This document shows, piece by piece, positions 16,755 to 26,261 of a stretch of DNA of 64,000 nt. The notes beneath the pieces are model-generated. The model searched no databases and was not told where the DNA came from. It saw only the letters and a program-made list of their open reading frames with translations. The translations under genes and the position numbers were made by a program. The stretch lies in contig CASECZ010000002.1 in assembly GCA_949286725.1 (NCBI GenBank), positions 420,632 to 484,631 of the forward strand. The letters are read 5' to 3'. Positions within the stretch are counted from its first letter, which is position 1. Every line of letters begins with the position of its first letter. Origin of the DNA: an uncultured Clostridia bacterium. Its GTDB lineage: Bacteria; Bacillota; Clostridia; Christensenellales; CAG-917.

Positions 16755-18401
16755 ATGACGGAATTGCTTTTGAAAGGCGGCAAAGTCGCAGACGGCGAAA
16801 AGGCAACGCTCCACAACGCGGACGTTCTGATATCCGACGGCAAAATCGTCGCGGTCGGCGAGGGGATTTCCGCTCCCGACGTACCCGTCGTCGATTGCGA
16901 AGGACTTATCGTAACCGCGGGTTTCATCGACGCGCACGTGCACATCGAATCAGGCATGGTGTTGCCCGACGAATTCGGCAAAGCCGTGTTGCCGCACGGC
17001 ACGACCGCGGTGATTGCCGACCCGCACGAAATCGTCAACGTAGCGGGCGCGAAAGGGTTGAGGGAGTTCCTCGACGACATACACGACGCGCCCATAGACA
17101 TATTCGCGGTGGTGCCTTCCTGCGTTCCCGCCACTCCGCTGGACACCAACGGCGCGGGCAAGTTCCTTGCCGAGGACATGAAGGAATTCGTCGGACGCAA
17201 AGAAGTCGTGGGGCTCGGCGAGGTCATGAGTTTCTACGACGTTGTCGACGGTGACAAAGAGATGGCGGACAAACTGGCGTTGTTTGCCGACAGAACCATA
17301 GACGGGCACACTTCGGGTATGCCCGAGGAACTGCTGGACGCCTACGTTGCCGCGGGCATAAGCGACGACCACGAATGCACAGACGCGCACTCCCTTTACG
17401 AACGCTACAAGCGCGGAATGAAGGTGTACATAAGAGAAGGCAGCGCGGCGCACAACGCCCGCGACCTGCTCGCCGCCGTAAGGGACATGAAACTCGACAC
17501 CCGTCGTTTTGCCTTCTGTACGGACGACAAACATCTCGGCGCGGTCAAGAAGGAAGGACACATCTCCCGCATAGCGCAGATAGCCCGCGAAGAAGGCTTC
17601 GAATGGGGCGAAATCGCAAGAATGGCGGCATACAACCCCGCAAGGTATTACGGGTTGGAAAAGCGCGGCAACATCAAGGAAGGATACCTTGCCGACATAG
17701 CCGTCGTGAGCGACGACGCGACCCGCGTCGCCTACGTCGTAAAGAGCGGCAGACTGGTGGCGCAAAACGCAGAACTGTGCGATGAAGTGTCTAAAACGAG
17801 AGTTGAACACAGGAGTTTTGAAAATACCGTGAAATTCAGAGAGTTTACGGAAAAGGATTTCGAAGTTCCCGAAAGGCTCAGAAACATCGCGCTTGAACTG
17901 GTGGACGGGCAACTCGTTACGCTGAAAGCGGAGCTTGCGGACGGGGAGTGGAAGTCCCTCGACATGCTTGCCACGGCGGAGCGTTTCGGCAAGAACGGCA
18001 ACCTGTCCGTCTGCGTGTTGAAGAACTACGGCATAAAGGGCGGCGCGGTGGCGACGAGCGTATCGCACGACTCGCACAACGCCGTGTGTGCGGGCGACAA
18101 CGCGCGCGACATGGCGGTTGCGCTCAACAGGCTGAAAGAACTGGGCGGCGGTTACGTCGTCGCGGCACAGGGCAAGGTGGCGGGCGAACTGCCTCTGCCC
18201 GCATACGGGCTGATGTCCGTCACGGACGCCGAAAGCACGGAGGAGTGCATAGCGCGGTTGGAGAAACTCGCGCACTCGATGGGCGTCAACGCAAACGTGG
18301 ACGTGTTCACCACGCTGTCCTTCGTCGCGTTGCCCGTCATTCCGTTCGTAAGGCTGCTCGATACGGGGCTTTACGACACGCAGGAAAGACGCTTTCTGTA
18401 A
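16755..18401 (+). CDS. ade: adenine deaminase
   Basis: GFIDAHVHIESGMV metal-binding motif. About 548 aa with the two-domain architecture typical of Ade. Upstream promoter is TTGACT-17-TATAAT. Confidence 0.85.
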   Translation: MTELLLKGGKVADGEKATLHNADVLISDGKIVAVGEGISAPDVPVVDCEGLIVTAGFIDAHVHIESGMVLPDEFGKAVLPHGTTAVIADPHEIVNVAGAKGLREFLDDIHDAPIDIFAVVPSCVPATPLDTNGAGKFLAEDMKEFVGRKEVVGLGEVMSFYDVVDGDKEMADKLALFADRTIDGHTSGMPEELLDAYVAAGISDDHECTDAHSLYERYKRGMKVYIREGSAAHNARDLLAAVRDMKLDTRRFAFCTDDKHLGAVKKEGHISRIAQIAREEGFEWGEIARMAAYNPARYYGLEKRGNIKEGYLADIAVVSDDATRVAYVVKSGRLVAQNAELCDEVSKTRVEHRSFENTVKFREFTEKDFEVPERLRNIALELVDGQLVTLKAELADGEWKSLDMLATAERFGKNGNLSVCVLKNYGIKGGAVATSVSHDSHNAVCAGDNARDMAVALNRLKELGGGYVVAAQGKVAGELPLPAYGLMSVTDAESTEECIARLEKLAHSMGVNANVDVFTTLSFVALPVIPFVRLLDTGLYDTQERRFL

Positions 18402-18448
18402 AGCGCACCGCGCGAATTTTACGGGAGAGCGGCGTAAAACGACAAAAG

Positions 18449-18476
18449 AAAACGACGGCGTTTGCCGTCGTTTTTT
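18449..18476. terminator. bidirectional rho-independent terminator
   Basis: AACGACGGC-GTTT-GCCGTCGTT plus a T run, between convergent ade and ktrA. Confidence 0.8.
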
Positions 18477-18492
18477 CGTTGTCCGGTTCGGG

Positions 18493-19137
18493 TCAGTCTT
18501 TCAGTTTGTCCACGGCTTTGAACGCGCCCGCGACGATGACGTGGTCGCCCTCTTCGAAGATGTAGTCCGCCGCCGCGAAGACCGCGGAGGTGCCGCCCTT
18601 CTTGACGGCGAGCACGTTGAGGTCGTACTCCTTGCGGATGTTGGCGCGGACGACGTCTTTGCCCACCCATTCGCGCGGGACCTTGATTTCGAATATGCCG
18701 TAGTCGTTGCCCAGTTTGATAAAGTCGAAGATGTTGTCGGCGTTGTATTTGATTGCCGCTTTGTACGCCATATCCATTTGCGGATAGATGACTTCGTCCG
18801 CACCGTTGCGCAGCAGGAATTTGCTCTGGATTTCGCTTGCCGACATGGACACGACATGTTTTGCGCCCATATCTTTGAGCAGAGCGGTGACTTCGAGCGA
18901 GGGCTGGAAACTGTCGCCCATGGTGACGAAGCAGATGTCGAAGTTGTTCACGCCGATTTCGGACAGCACTTCTTCGCAGCTGCAATCGCCTATTATGGCG
19001 TCTGTAAAGTGGTGGGAAAGGCGGTTGACGGTTTCCTCGTCCTTGTCGGCTATCATCACCTGATTGCCGAGTTCCGCAAGTCTTTTTGCAAGGTAGGTGC
19101 CGAACCTTCCCATACCTATTACCAGAATGGATTTCAT
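18493..19137 (-). CDS. ktrA: K+ uptake system peripheral NAD-binding subunit (KtrA/TrkA-N/C)
   Basis: MKSILVIGMGRFG Rossmann motif plus a TrkA-C domain. AAGGAG RBS. Confidence 0.85.
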   Translation of the reverse strand: MKSILVIGMGRFGTYLAKRLAELGNQVMIADKDEETVNRLSHHFTDAIIGDCSCEEVLSEIGVNNFDICFVTMGDSFQPSLEVTALLKDMGAKHVVSMSASEIQSKFLLRNGADEVIYPQMDMAYKAAIKYNADNIFDFIKLGNDYGIFEIKVPREWVGKDVVRANIRKEYDLNVLAVKKGGTSAVFAAADYIFEEGDHVIVAGAFKAVDKLKD

Positions 19138-19148
19138 ATATTACTCCT

Positions 19149-20555
19149 TTATCCTATAAGGATTTTTTCCGCAGGACGCTTCGTGAGCTGTTTGGTCTTG
19201 CTCTCCATCATCGCGGTTGCGAGGGTGAGCACGCCGAGTCTGCCTGCGAACATCAGCAGCGTGATTATGAATTTCGACCCCGCGTGCAGGGCGGGGGTTA
19301 TTCCCGTTGTAAGTCCGACGGTGGCGATTGCCGATACGCACTCGAAGGATATCTGCGTCAGCGAATAGGGTTCGATTGCGCAGATAATCAGCGTGGCGAG
19401 CAACACGAACCCGAAGTATATCGTCAACAGGGACATCGCCTGTTTTGCGAGCGACAGGTCGAGGGAGCGTTTGCCGATGACGATGTCGCGGTGGTTGCGC
19501 ACGGAAGAGTACAGACCGAACAGTATGACCACTACGGTGGTGACCTTGATACCGCCTGCCGTCGAACCGCTGTTGCCGCCGATGAACATCAGTATTTCCG
19601 TCATAAGAATACTGCTGTCACTCATTGATGAGATATTGACAGTGTTGAACCCTGCCGTACGCGGAGTGACGGACTGGAACAGGCAGATAAGGAATTGCTC
19701 CCAGGAATTTTTGCCCGCAAGGACGCCATTGTGTTCGAACGCAAAAAAGAGCAGTGCGGGCACAAAAATGAGTATCAGCGTTGCCCACAGTACGATGCGG
19801 GTGTGCAGACGGAAGTTTTTGTAATTGAATTTCTTGTCCCAAATGTCGCTCCATACGACGTAACCCATACCGCCCATAACGATGAGAGCGCAGACGGTGA
19901 GGTTGACGAGTGCGTCGCCGCTGTACGCAGTCAGGGAGGAGAAGGCGGTGCCGCTTATGCCCATGAGGTCGAAGCCCGCGTTGCAGAACGCCGTTATCGA
20001 GTGGAATATGGCAAAGTATATGCCCGTGCCCGCGCCGAAGTCCTGACAGAAGCGGATTGCGAGCAACCCCGCGCCGACGAGTTCGGTGGCGAAAGTGAAT
20101 ATCAGTATTCGCTTTATCAGCACCACTATGCCCGCTTTGGTGAAGGTGCCTGCGGAATGCGCCATAACCGTGCGTTCGAACAGTCCTATTCTGCGTCCGA
20201 GAGCGAACGACACCAGCGTTATGAAGGTCATGAAACCTATGCCGCCTATCTGTATGAGCAGCATTATGACGATTTGCCCGAACAGGTTCCAGTACTGGAA
20301 GGTGTCGTAGACGACGAGACCCGTGACGCAGGTCGCGGAAGTCGAAGTCAGCAGGGCGTCGATGTAGGGCGTCCATTGACCGCTTCGGTTGGCAAAGGGG
20401 AGAGAGAGCAGAAAACTGCCGAAGAGGATTATGCCGAGATAGCCGAGCACAAGTACCTGTGTCGGCGACGGTTTGCGCAGAAACTTGGGTTTTCGCGCTT
20501 TTTCGTCGGGTTTGGAAAGCGAACCTTCCGTGTCTGTAAGATTTGTTTCGGTCAT
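19149..20555 (-). CDS. ktrB: K+ transporter membrane subunit (KtrB/TrkH family)
   Basis: Polytopic protein with repeated selectivity-filter-like segments (..TGLTTG..,..NAGFD..,..TAGFN..) lying upstream of ktrA. The start was chosen at MTETN. Confidence 0.85.
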   Translation of the reverse strand: MTETNLTDTEGSLSKPDEKARKPKFLRKPSPTQVLVLGYLGIILFGSFLLSLPFANRSGQWTPYIDALLTSTSATCVTGLVVYDTFQYWNLFGQIVIMLLIQIGGIGFMTFITLVSFALGRRIGLFERTVMAHSAGTFTKAGIVVLIKRILIFTFATELVGAGLLAIRFCQDFGAGTGIYFAIFHSITAFCNAGFDLMGISGTAFSSLTAYSGDALVNLTVCALIVMGGMGYVVWSDIWDKKFNYKNFRLHTRIVLWATLILIFVPALLFFAFEHNGVLAGKNSWEQFLICLFQSVTPRTAGFNTVNISSMSDSSILMTEILMFIGGNSGSTAGGIKVTTVVVILFGLYSSVRNHRDIVIGKRSLDLSLAKQAMSLLTIYFGFVLLATLIICAIEPYSLTQISFECVSAIATVGLTTGITPALHAGSKFIITLLMFAGRLGVLTLATAMMESKTKQLTKRPAEKILIG

Positions 20556-20790
20556 AATCGCTCCGGTGCGCGTGCGCACCTTTTTAGTATTCTATCATAT
20601 TTTGAGCGCAAACGACAACAAAATTTGTCTTTGCGCCCGAAATGTGCAAATCGGAAGTGCGGATTATCCACTGATTACAGGCAAATTTGCATTGATTTGC
20701 TTTCGGGAATTTTTTTTGTCGAATTGTGCCGAAATTCTCTTTTTCCTTGCTTTTTCTCCTTGACAGCGAGGGCGGGCGGTGTTACTATTT

Positions 20791-20865
20791 TCTCGCTAGG
20801 GGTGCCGAAAGGCTGAGATTATACCCTTCAACTTGTGAGATAATGCTCGCGTAAGGAAGCGTTTT
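20791..20865 (+). promoter_or_regulatory. TPP (THI-box) riboswitch
   Basis: CTAGGGGTGCC..GGCTGAGA..ACCCTT.AACTTG..GATAATGC..GCGTAAGGAAGCG matches the conserved THI-box cores (GGGGUGC, CUGAGA, ACCC, UAAUGC/GCG.AGGGAA). Confidence 0.85.
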
Positions 20866-20884
20866 TTCATTTCCGAATGTTGTA

Positions 20885-20909
20885 CCTCTGGCGTGCCGGA
20901 GGTTTTTTT
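20885..20909 (+). terminator. riboswitch expression-platform terminator
   Basis: CCTCTGGC-GT-GCCGGAGG followed by TTTTTTT, between the aptamer and the AGGAGG RBS of the ThiT gene. Confidence 0.7.
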
Positions 20910-20950
20910 GTTCCTCCGCTCGGTAAGAACTTTTTTAGGAGGATATACCT

Positions 20951-22198
20951 ATGTTGTTCAACTTGTTGTCGTCTGCGGAGGAACTCACTCCCGACGAAAT
21001 CATTAACGGCGCAGGCGATCAGGTCGTCGGCGCGGTTTCCGACAAAATCGAAGAAGTTACCGACGCAATCTTCGACGGATTGTTCAACGGAATGGGCTTC
21101 GCCATTCTGTACACGGTCGTGGCACTCGCCGTACTCGGCTTCGTCGTCGGGCTGCTGATTTACCGCTTCAAGCGCGAAAATCTCAAAGATTACGCCAAAG
21201 TCTGCTTCGGCGTGGTCGCAGGTCTTGCCATAACCGCAACCGTGCTTATGGCGTACACCACGTTCTACGAAATCAATTACGGCGGCGGTTCTCCCGACGC
21301 GCTGTTCAAACCCATACTGTCGCTTGTCTGCATAGCACTCATAGGCGGCTGCCTTATGGGCGTTGCGTCCTTCTTCAACAAGTTCGCCGTCAAAGTGGCG
21401 GCGGTCATCACGGGCGCGGGTCTGCTTGCCGCATTCATCGCGACGATGGTGTTCATGACCCGTTACTATAACGAGGTCTACCAGGCGGACGGTTACTACT
21501 CCGAGTATTTCGAGGGCAACGGGCTCATCGTCTCCGTCGTCATCGGGCTGATCGTTCTTATCGTGGCTTACATCTTCGGCAAGAAGAAGGAAGTCAACGA
21601 CACCAAAGCAATCGTCTACGGCGCGGTGTGCATCGCCATGGCGTTCGCGCTGTCTTACGCGCGTCTGTTCAAGTTGCCGCAGGGCGGTTCCGTCACCTTC
21701 GCAAGTCTGTTGCCCCTCATGGTGTACTGCGCGATGTTCGGCACCCGCAGAGGCATCATCGTGTGCGTGATTTACGGCTTCCTGCAAGCCTTGCAGGACA
21801 CCTACATCATTCACCCGTTGCAGTTCCTGCTCGACTATCCGCTCGCGTTCGGCATGATAGGTCTCAGCGGCATATTCTTCGAGCGTACCCCGCTCAAAAA
21901 GAAACCCGTCATCGCATTCGTGTGCGGTGCCGTAATCGCGGTCGTGCTGCGTTACGCCTGCCACATCTGCTCGGGCACCTTTGCTTTCGGTGCGGACGCG
22001 GCGTACTACGGTTTCGAGGGCAAATTCTTCTACTATTCTCTCGCGTACAACTCCTTTACCATCGTCGACCTCGCAATCGACATCGCGGCGGGCGTGCTTC
22101 TCTTCCTCTCCAAAGCCTTCCGCAACCAGATGACGCTTGCAACGCAGATGGTGAACGGCGTGGAAGAAGACGAGGAAACCGACGCAACCGAGGAATGA
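20951..22198 (+). CDS. thiT: thiamine transporter, ThiT-like C-terminal half fused to an extra N-terminal multi-TM domain
   Basis: It lies downstream of the TPP riboswitch. The C-terminal ~200 aa resemble the ECF S-component ThiT. The total of 415 aa is about twice the usual length. Confidence 0.7.
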   Translation: MLFNLLSSAEELTPDEIINGAGDQVVGAVSDKIEEVTDAIFDGLFNGMGFAILYTVVALAVLGFVVGLLIYRFKRENLKDYAKVCFGVVAGLAITATVLMAYTTFYEINYGGGSPDALFKPILSLVCIALIGGCLMGVASFFNKFAVKVAAVITGAGLLAAFIATMVFMTRYYNEVYQADGYYSEYFEGNGLIVSVVIGLIVLIVAYIFGKKKEVNDTKAIVYGAVCIAMAFALSYARLFKLPQGGSVTFASLLPLMVYCAMFGTRRGIIVCVIYGFLQALQDTYIIHPLQFLLDYPLAFGMIGLSGIFFERTPLKKKPVIAFVCGAVIAVVLRYACHICSGTFAFGADAAYYGFEGKFFYYSLAYNSFTIVDLAIDIAAGVLLFLSKAFRNQMTLATQMVNGVEEDEETDATEE

Positions 22199-22235
22199 CA
22201 AGACCCAAATGCAGTTTTTGCATATCCTACAAGAC

Positions 22236-22270
22236 AAGACGAACGCCGCGGACTGCGGCGTTCGTCTTTT
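22236..22270 (+). terminator. rho-independent terminator
   Basis: 14-bp stem AAGACGAACGCCGC/GCGGCGTTCGTCTT plus Ts. Confidence 0.8.
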
Positions 22271-22359
22271 CAAAACAAAAGCCCCTTGTCGGGGCGGTGC
22301 GGTCGGCGGTCGTCGGACGGGAAAGGGGAGCGGACGACAGCGTCGGCAAGAAAGTAAAA

Positions 22360-22962
22360 TCAAAAGTTGCGAATTACGAAAACCAGCCCGTCGGTCACGC
22401 GCAGTTTTATGTGCGGCGACGTGGCGCGGTTGGACACGCCGCGCGTGTCGCAGGGCGTGAGCGTCAGATTGTGCAGGGGATATTCCAGTCCATCGGAGTC
22501 CGTCACCGTGGCGTTGCCGCCGTGAGGTATGACCGAAAGCGTGTCGCCGACCGCGACGTCGAGCGAAAAATCGGGGTTGAGGCGAGCCGACACGCAGAAT
22601 ATGTCCGAGTCTTCTTCTTCGGCACGGGCGCGCATTCCGAGTTTGTCCGCAAGCGCCATAACGGCAAGATTGCCGAGAGTGTGGTCGTAACGGCCGCCAG
22701 TCACGCCGTAGTACACGATTTCGTCCGCGCCCTTCTCCTTCGCAAAATGCGTCGCCGACTCTCCGTCCGTGAAATTCTTGTGCGAGTCGTGGCGCAGAAC
22801 GGGCACGCCGTCGGGCGCACTTGCGGCCGAATCGAAGTCGCCCACAAAGTAATCGGGACGTACGGGAGAGCAGTTCACGCCGCCGTCGGCGCATATGACG
22901 AAGTCGGCGGTTACGGCGCGCGTTATTTTTCTTCCGCAGTTGAGAATTACGGCTGCTTTCAT
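22360..22962 (-). CDS. thiN: thiamine diphosphokinase
   Basis: N-terminal ..FVICADGG..GDFDS.. motif and a C-terminal thiamine-binding beta domain. 200 aa. Confidence 0.8.
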   Translation of the reverse strand: MKAAVILNCGRKITRAVTADFVICADGGVNCSPVRPDYFVGDFDSAASAPDGVPVLRHDSHKNFTDGESATHFAKEKGADEIVYYGVTGGRYDHTLGNLAVMALADKLGMRARAEEEDSDIFCVSARLNPDFSLDVAVGDTLSVIPHGGNATVTDSDGLEYPLHNLTLTPCDTRGVSNRATSPHIKLRVTDGLVFVIRNF

Positions 22963-22980
22963 ACGGCAGAGTCGTCCTTG

Positions 22981-23940
22981 TCAGTCACATTGCCACGTAT
23001 CGGTGGCAGGGTCGGTTTCGTCGAACAGCACGGTGTAGTCGACGCTTTCTTTCACGGCGTTGAGTATGGCGCCCTCGGTGGCTTGCGCCGCCGCAGTCTG
23101 CAATAACAGAGTGTTGAGCACGGGACGGTGTCCGCTTGCCATACAGAACATAGTGTCGCCATCGTAGTCGGTGTGCACGGGGCGTATGGCGCGCGCCATT
23201 CCGTCGTGCGACGCAGAAGCGAGTTTGTTTGCCGTCACCTTGTCGATTTTCGCGTCGGTGAGAATGCACCCTATCGTAGTGTTGGTGCCTATCATCATTT
23301 TGAGGATTTCCCCGTCGGCGATGCGTTTTTGTACGTCGACGAAAGACCCGTCGTTTGCCTTGGTGCCCGCGACTATTTTACCCGTCGAGGGGTCGACGAC
23401 GTCACCGAGCGCGTTGACGGCGACGATTGCCGTTACGGTCACCCCCGTGACTTTTACGGTGCATGCGCCGACGCCGGATTTGCAAGCGTATTTCATACCG
23501 CGCAGTTTGCCGACGGTTGCACCCTTTCCGACGCCGTTTTGACCGAAAACGGGGTTTTTGTCTGCATTTTTGCACGCGTCAAACCCCATTTCTGCGCTAG
23601 GGTAGTGATATTCTTTTTGGTTGAGGTCGAAGATTACCGCGCCCGTAACGATGGGTATGACCTTGCCTGCGGTGCGGTAGCCGCAACCCTTTTCGAGCAG
23701 ATATTCCATCACGCCGTTGCAGGCGGCAAGCCCGTACGCCGAGCCCCCCGCGAGTACTACCGCGTTGATTTTGTCCATCATTTTTTCGGGACGCAACAGG
23801 TCGGTTTCGCGCGTGCCGGGTGCGCCGCCGCGGCAGTCCGCACCGCCGACGGCACCCTTTTCGGCGAGTATAACCGTGACGCCCGTGAAGGCGTCCTGTG
23901 CCTGTCCTATTCTGAAACCTTTGGGGATTGTTACGTTCAT
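22981..23940 (-). CDS. P1/S58-family peptidase (DmpA-like aminopeptidase)
   Basis: PKGFRIGQAQD..TGVTVIL..GGAPGTRETDLL and the self-cleaving G|T-type region. GGAG lies 5 nt upstream of the ATG at 23940. Confidence 0.8.
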   Translation of the reverse strand: MNVTIPKGFRIGQAQDAFTGVTVILAEKGAVGGADCRGGAPGTRETDLLRPEKMMDKINAVVLAGGSAYGLAACNGVMEYLLEKGCGYRTAGKVIPIVTGAVIFDLNQKEYHYPSAEMGFDACKNADKNPVFGQNGVGKGATVGKLRGMKYACKSGVGACTVKVTGVTVTAIVAVNALGDVVDPSTGKIVAGTKANDGSFVDVQKRIADGEILKMMIGTNTTIGCILTDAKIDKVTANKLASASHDGMARAIRPVHTDYDGDTMFCMASGHRPVLNTLLLQTAAAQATEGAILNAVKESVDYTVLFDETDPATDTWQCD

Positions 23941-24106
23941 ACGCACTCCGTTTCCGTTTATTGCCGCATTGCGGCACGGTGTACTGGAATTATATCATCG
24001 AAGCATTGCTTTTGCAAGTGTTGCGCCGTGCGCCGATACTCGCGTTGTCGGTTGATTTTTCGTTGCGTTGTGGTATAATAACTGTATCAATTGCGGAGAA
24101 AACCAT

Positions 24107-25054
24107 ATGGAAGCTTTCATACAGCAGATAAAAGACTTTTTCTCGAATGCGGGATTAAACATTCTCTTCGGCATCGTCATTTTGGTTGTCGGACTGATTT
24201 TATGCAAACTGATAAAAGTCATACTGCGTAAAATTTTGCGCCGCACCAAGCGCGACGAAGCAATGATAAATTTCGTCGTTTCCTTTGCCGACGTGGTGCT
24301 GAAAATAGTCGTGATGATTACCGCGCTCGCGACTATGGGCGTAAATACTGCGTCGATTATCGCCGTCGTGGGCACTTGCGGCGTCGCCATCGGTCTTGCC
24401 TTGAAGGACAGCCTCGGCAACCTTGCGAGCGGCATTATCATTCTCTACAACAAGCCTTTCAAAAAGGACGATTACGTCGAGATTGCAGGGCGCGAAGGGC
24501 AGATTGCAAAAATCAATCTGTTTAACACCACGCTCGTGACCTACGACAATACCGTCATCGTAGTGCCAAATTCCGAGGCGGTCAACAACCCCATCGTCAA
24601 TTACGACGGTCGTCCGTTGCGCCGCGTGGTGGTGGACATCGTCGTCGCAAAAGGCACCGATATCGAGTATGTGAAGGAACTTGCCCTGCGCGTTGCGGAA
24701 GGCGAGCCGCTCGTCAGCCGCGAAGTTGATACTACCGTGCGGCTTGAAGAGCAGACGACCGACTGCGTGAAACTCAAACTCAAAGCGTATGCCGCGACAC
24801 CCGATTACTGGGACGCGAAATACAATCTTGCCGAAAAGCTGTACGCCGCGTTCAAAGATGAGGATTTGCTGCCTCCCAACGAGCAGATTGACGTGCATAT
24901 CGAGATGCCCGAAGAAAAGGAAGCGACTGCGGTGCGGCAGACTTTGCAGAAGGGAAAACCGCGCAAACTCGACGTGGTGCATCTGAAATCCACGGGTGCG
25001 CCCACCGCGGCGGACGGCGTGTCACGGGCAGACGACGACGGCGACTCCGACTGA
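24107..25054 (+). CDS. small-conductance mechanosensitive channel (MscS family)
   Basis: Three TM helices followed by ..GNLASGIIILYNKPFKKDDYVEI..VVPNS... Confidence 0.85.
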   Translation: MEAFIQQIKDFFSNAGLNILFGIVILVVGLILCKLIKVILRKILRRTKRDEAMINFVVSFADVVLKIVVMITALATMGVNTASIIAVVGTCGVAIGLALKDSLGNLASGIIILYNKPFKKDDYVEIAGREGQIAKINLFNTTLVTYDNTVIVVPNSEAVNNPIVNYDGRPLRRVVVDIVVAKGTDIEYVKELALRVAEGEPLVSREVDTTVRLEEQTTDCVKLKLKAYAATPDYWDAKYNLAEKLYAAFKDEDLLPPNEQIDVHIEMPEEKEATAVRQTLQKGKPRKLDVVHLKSTGAPTAADGVSRADDDGDSD

Positions 25055-25157
25055 AACCAAACAAAAAGAAAAACCGTCCGAGAGGGCGGTTTTCCTTTCC
25101 GAGAGGTCAAACGCGTAAGAACCGTAAGATAATTCGCAGGATGACTTCGGTTTCTCC

Positions 25158-25301
25158 TTACGCTTCGGTGAACTCGTTGTTGGAGCACGAAGGGCAGGGA
25201 GGAAGTTTGTCGTATTCGCCGACGCTGACCTGTGTATGGCATCTGGTGCAACAATAAGTGCCTCTGCCGGGTTTTTCGCCCGTTTTGCAAATGTGCTTCA
25301 T
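25158..25301 (-). CDS. 47-aa zinc-ribbon protein (MKHICKTGEKPGRGTYCCTRCHTQVSVGEYDKLPPCPSCSNNEFTEA)
   Basis: ORF below the 60-aa track cutoff. AAAGGAGGT RBS at about 7-nt spacing. CxxC...CxxC pairs. Confidence 0.6.
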   Translation of the reverse strand: MKHICKTGEKPGRGTYCCTRCHTQVSVGEYDKLPPCPSCSNNEFTEA

Positions 25302-25505
25302 AAATTACCTCCTTTGGGGTTTTGTCGTAGTTTGCGCAGGTGGGGACGGGCTATGCGGGATTTAGGGGTGTAAAAAACTGGGGACGCGCGATACTTTCGT
25401 TTGCCGTTAGTTGCGTTTTCGCAACTATTGTGATATTATTGTTTGAAAGTTTTTCGCGGGCGCGTTTGCGCGTTCGCATTGCCGCAGTATGCGGACGGAG
25501 GTGTT

Positions 25506-25967
25506 ATGACCAGAGCGGAAAGAGCGGAAGCGAATTTTACGGCGGGGTACAACTGTGCCCAATCCGTTGTTCTTGCGTTTGCCGACCTGCTCGACGTCGA
25601 CGAAGAAACGCTGAAAGCGGTTTCCGCGCCGTTCGGTGGCGGAATGGGCAGACTGCGCGAGGTTTGCGGCGCCGTCAGCGGTATGTTTATGGTGGCGGGG
25701 CTCGCCCGTAAGTGGGACACGCTTGAACGCGGGAGCAAAAACGCGCTTTACGCGCTGGAACGCGAAATGGCGGCTATGTTTGCCGAGCAGACGGGCGGCA
25801 GTATAGTGTGCCGCGAACTGCTTGCGACGCGTCCGCACGGCGACGAACACAATTCGCTCAAACCCAAGTGCCGCGAACTGGTGGGCATTGCCGCGCGTAT
25901 AGTGGAAGAAAAACTGTTTGCGACCGGCGAGGGTGACGCGACCTGTCCGCCTGTTGTGGAGGAATAA
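25506..25967 (+). CDS. C_GCAxxG_C_C-family protein
   Basis: GYNCAQSVV, CGAVSG and the later Cys residues match the family signature. GGAGGTG RBS before the ATG at 25506. Confidence 0.75.
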   Translation: MTRAERAEANFTAGYNCAQSVVLAFADLLDVDEETLKAVSAPFGGGMGRLREVCGAVSGMFMVAGLARKWDTLERGSKNALYALEREMAAMFAEQTGGSIVCRELLATRPHGDEHNSLKPKCRELVGIAARIVEEKLFATGEGDATCPPVVEE

Positions 25968-26261
25968 ATGTCGGAAGGAAAGAGAAGAGCGCGTCTGCGC
26001 GCTTTGGCAAACGGAATAGACCCCTGTTTTCAGATAGGCAAAGGCGGAATAAACGAAAATATGTTGGCGGATCTTTCCGCCGCGCTCGACGCGCACGAAC
26101 TCATCAAAATCACCGTGTTGAGAAACGCGGCGGGTGACGCGCGCGAGTTTATGCACGAGTTGTCGTCCGCACTCGGCGCGGAAGAGGTCGCCGTCATCGG
26201 CAATCGCATAGTGCTGTACAGAAGGAGCACCCGCGAGGGCGTTAAGCATATCGAGATATGA
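25968..26261 (+). CDS. yhbY: YhbY-family (CRM domain) RNA-binding protein
   Basis: ..IGKGGINENMLADLSAALDAHELIKITV.. is the typical YhbY core. 97 aa. Confidence 0.8.
   Translation: MSEGKRRARLRALANGIDPCFQIGKGGINENMLADLSAALDAHELIKITVLRNAAGDAREFMHELSSALGAEEVAVIGNRIVLYRRSTREGVKHIEI

Noticed and set aside
20580-20760. Searched the ktrB 5' region (minus strand) for a c-di-AMP (ydaO/kimA-type) riboswitch.
   Set aside because: A TTGTCG-18-TGaTAGAAT promoter lies only about 40 nt from the start codon. The upstream sequence lacks the conserved ydaO cores (the ACGGGGA and CCCGAA-type pseudo-symmetric elements). Only small palindromes (GCAAATTTGC and similar) are present.
22270-22360. G-rich stretch with repeated GGTCG/GGCGG units (..GGGGCGGTGCGGTCGGCGGTCGTCGGACGGGAAAGGGGAGCGGACGAC..) downstream of thiN.
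   Set aside because: It contains the thiN terminator hairpin (GCCCCTTGTCGGGGC, read on the minus strand with a T tail). The remainder shows no regular period and no coding or RNA-motif signature that I can support.
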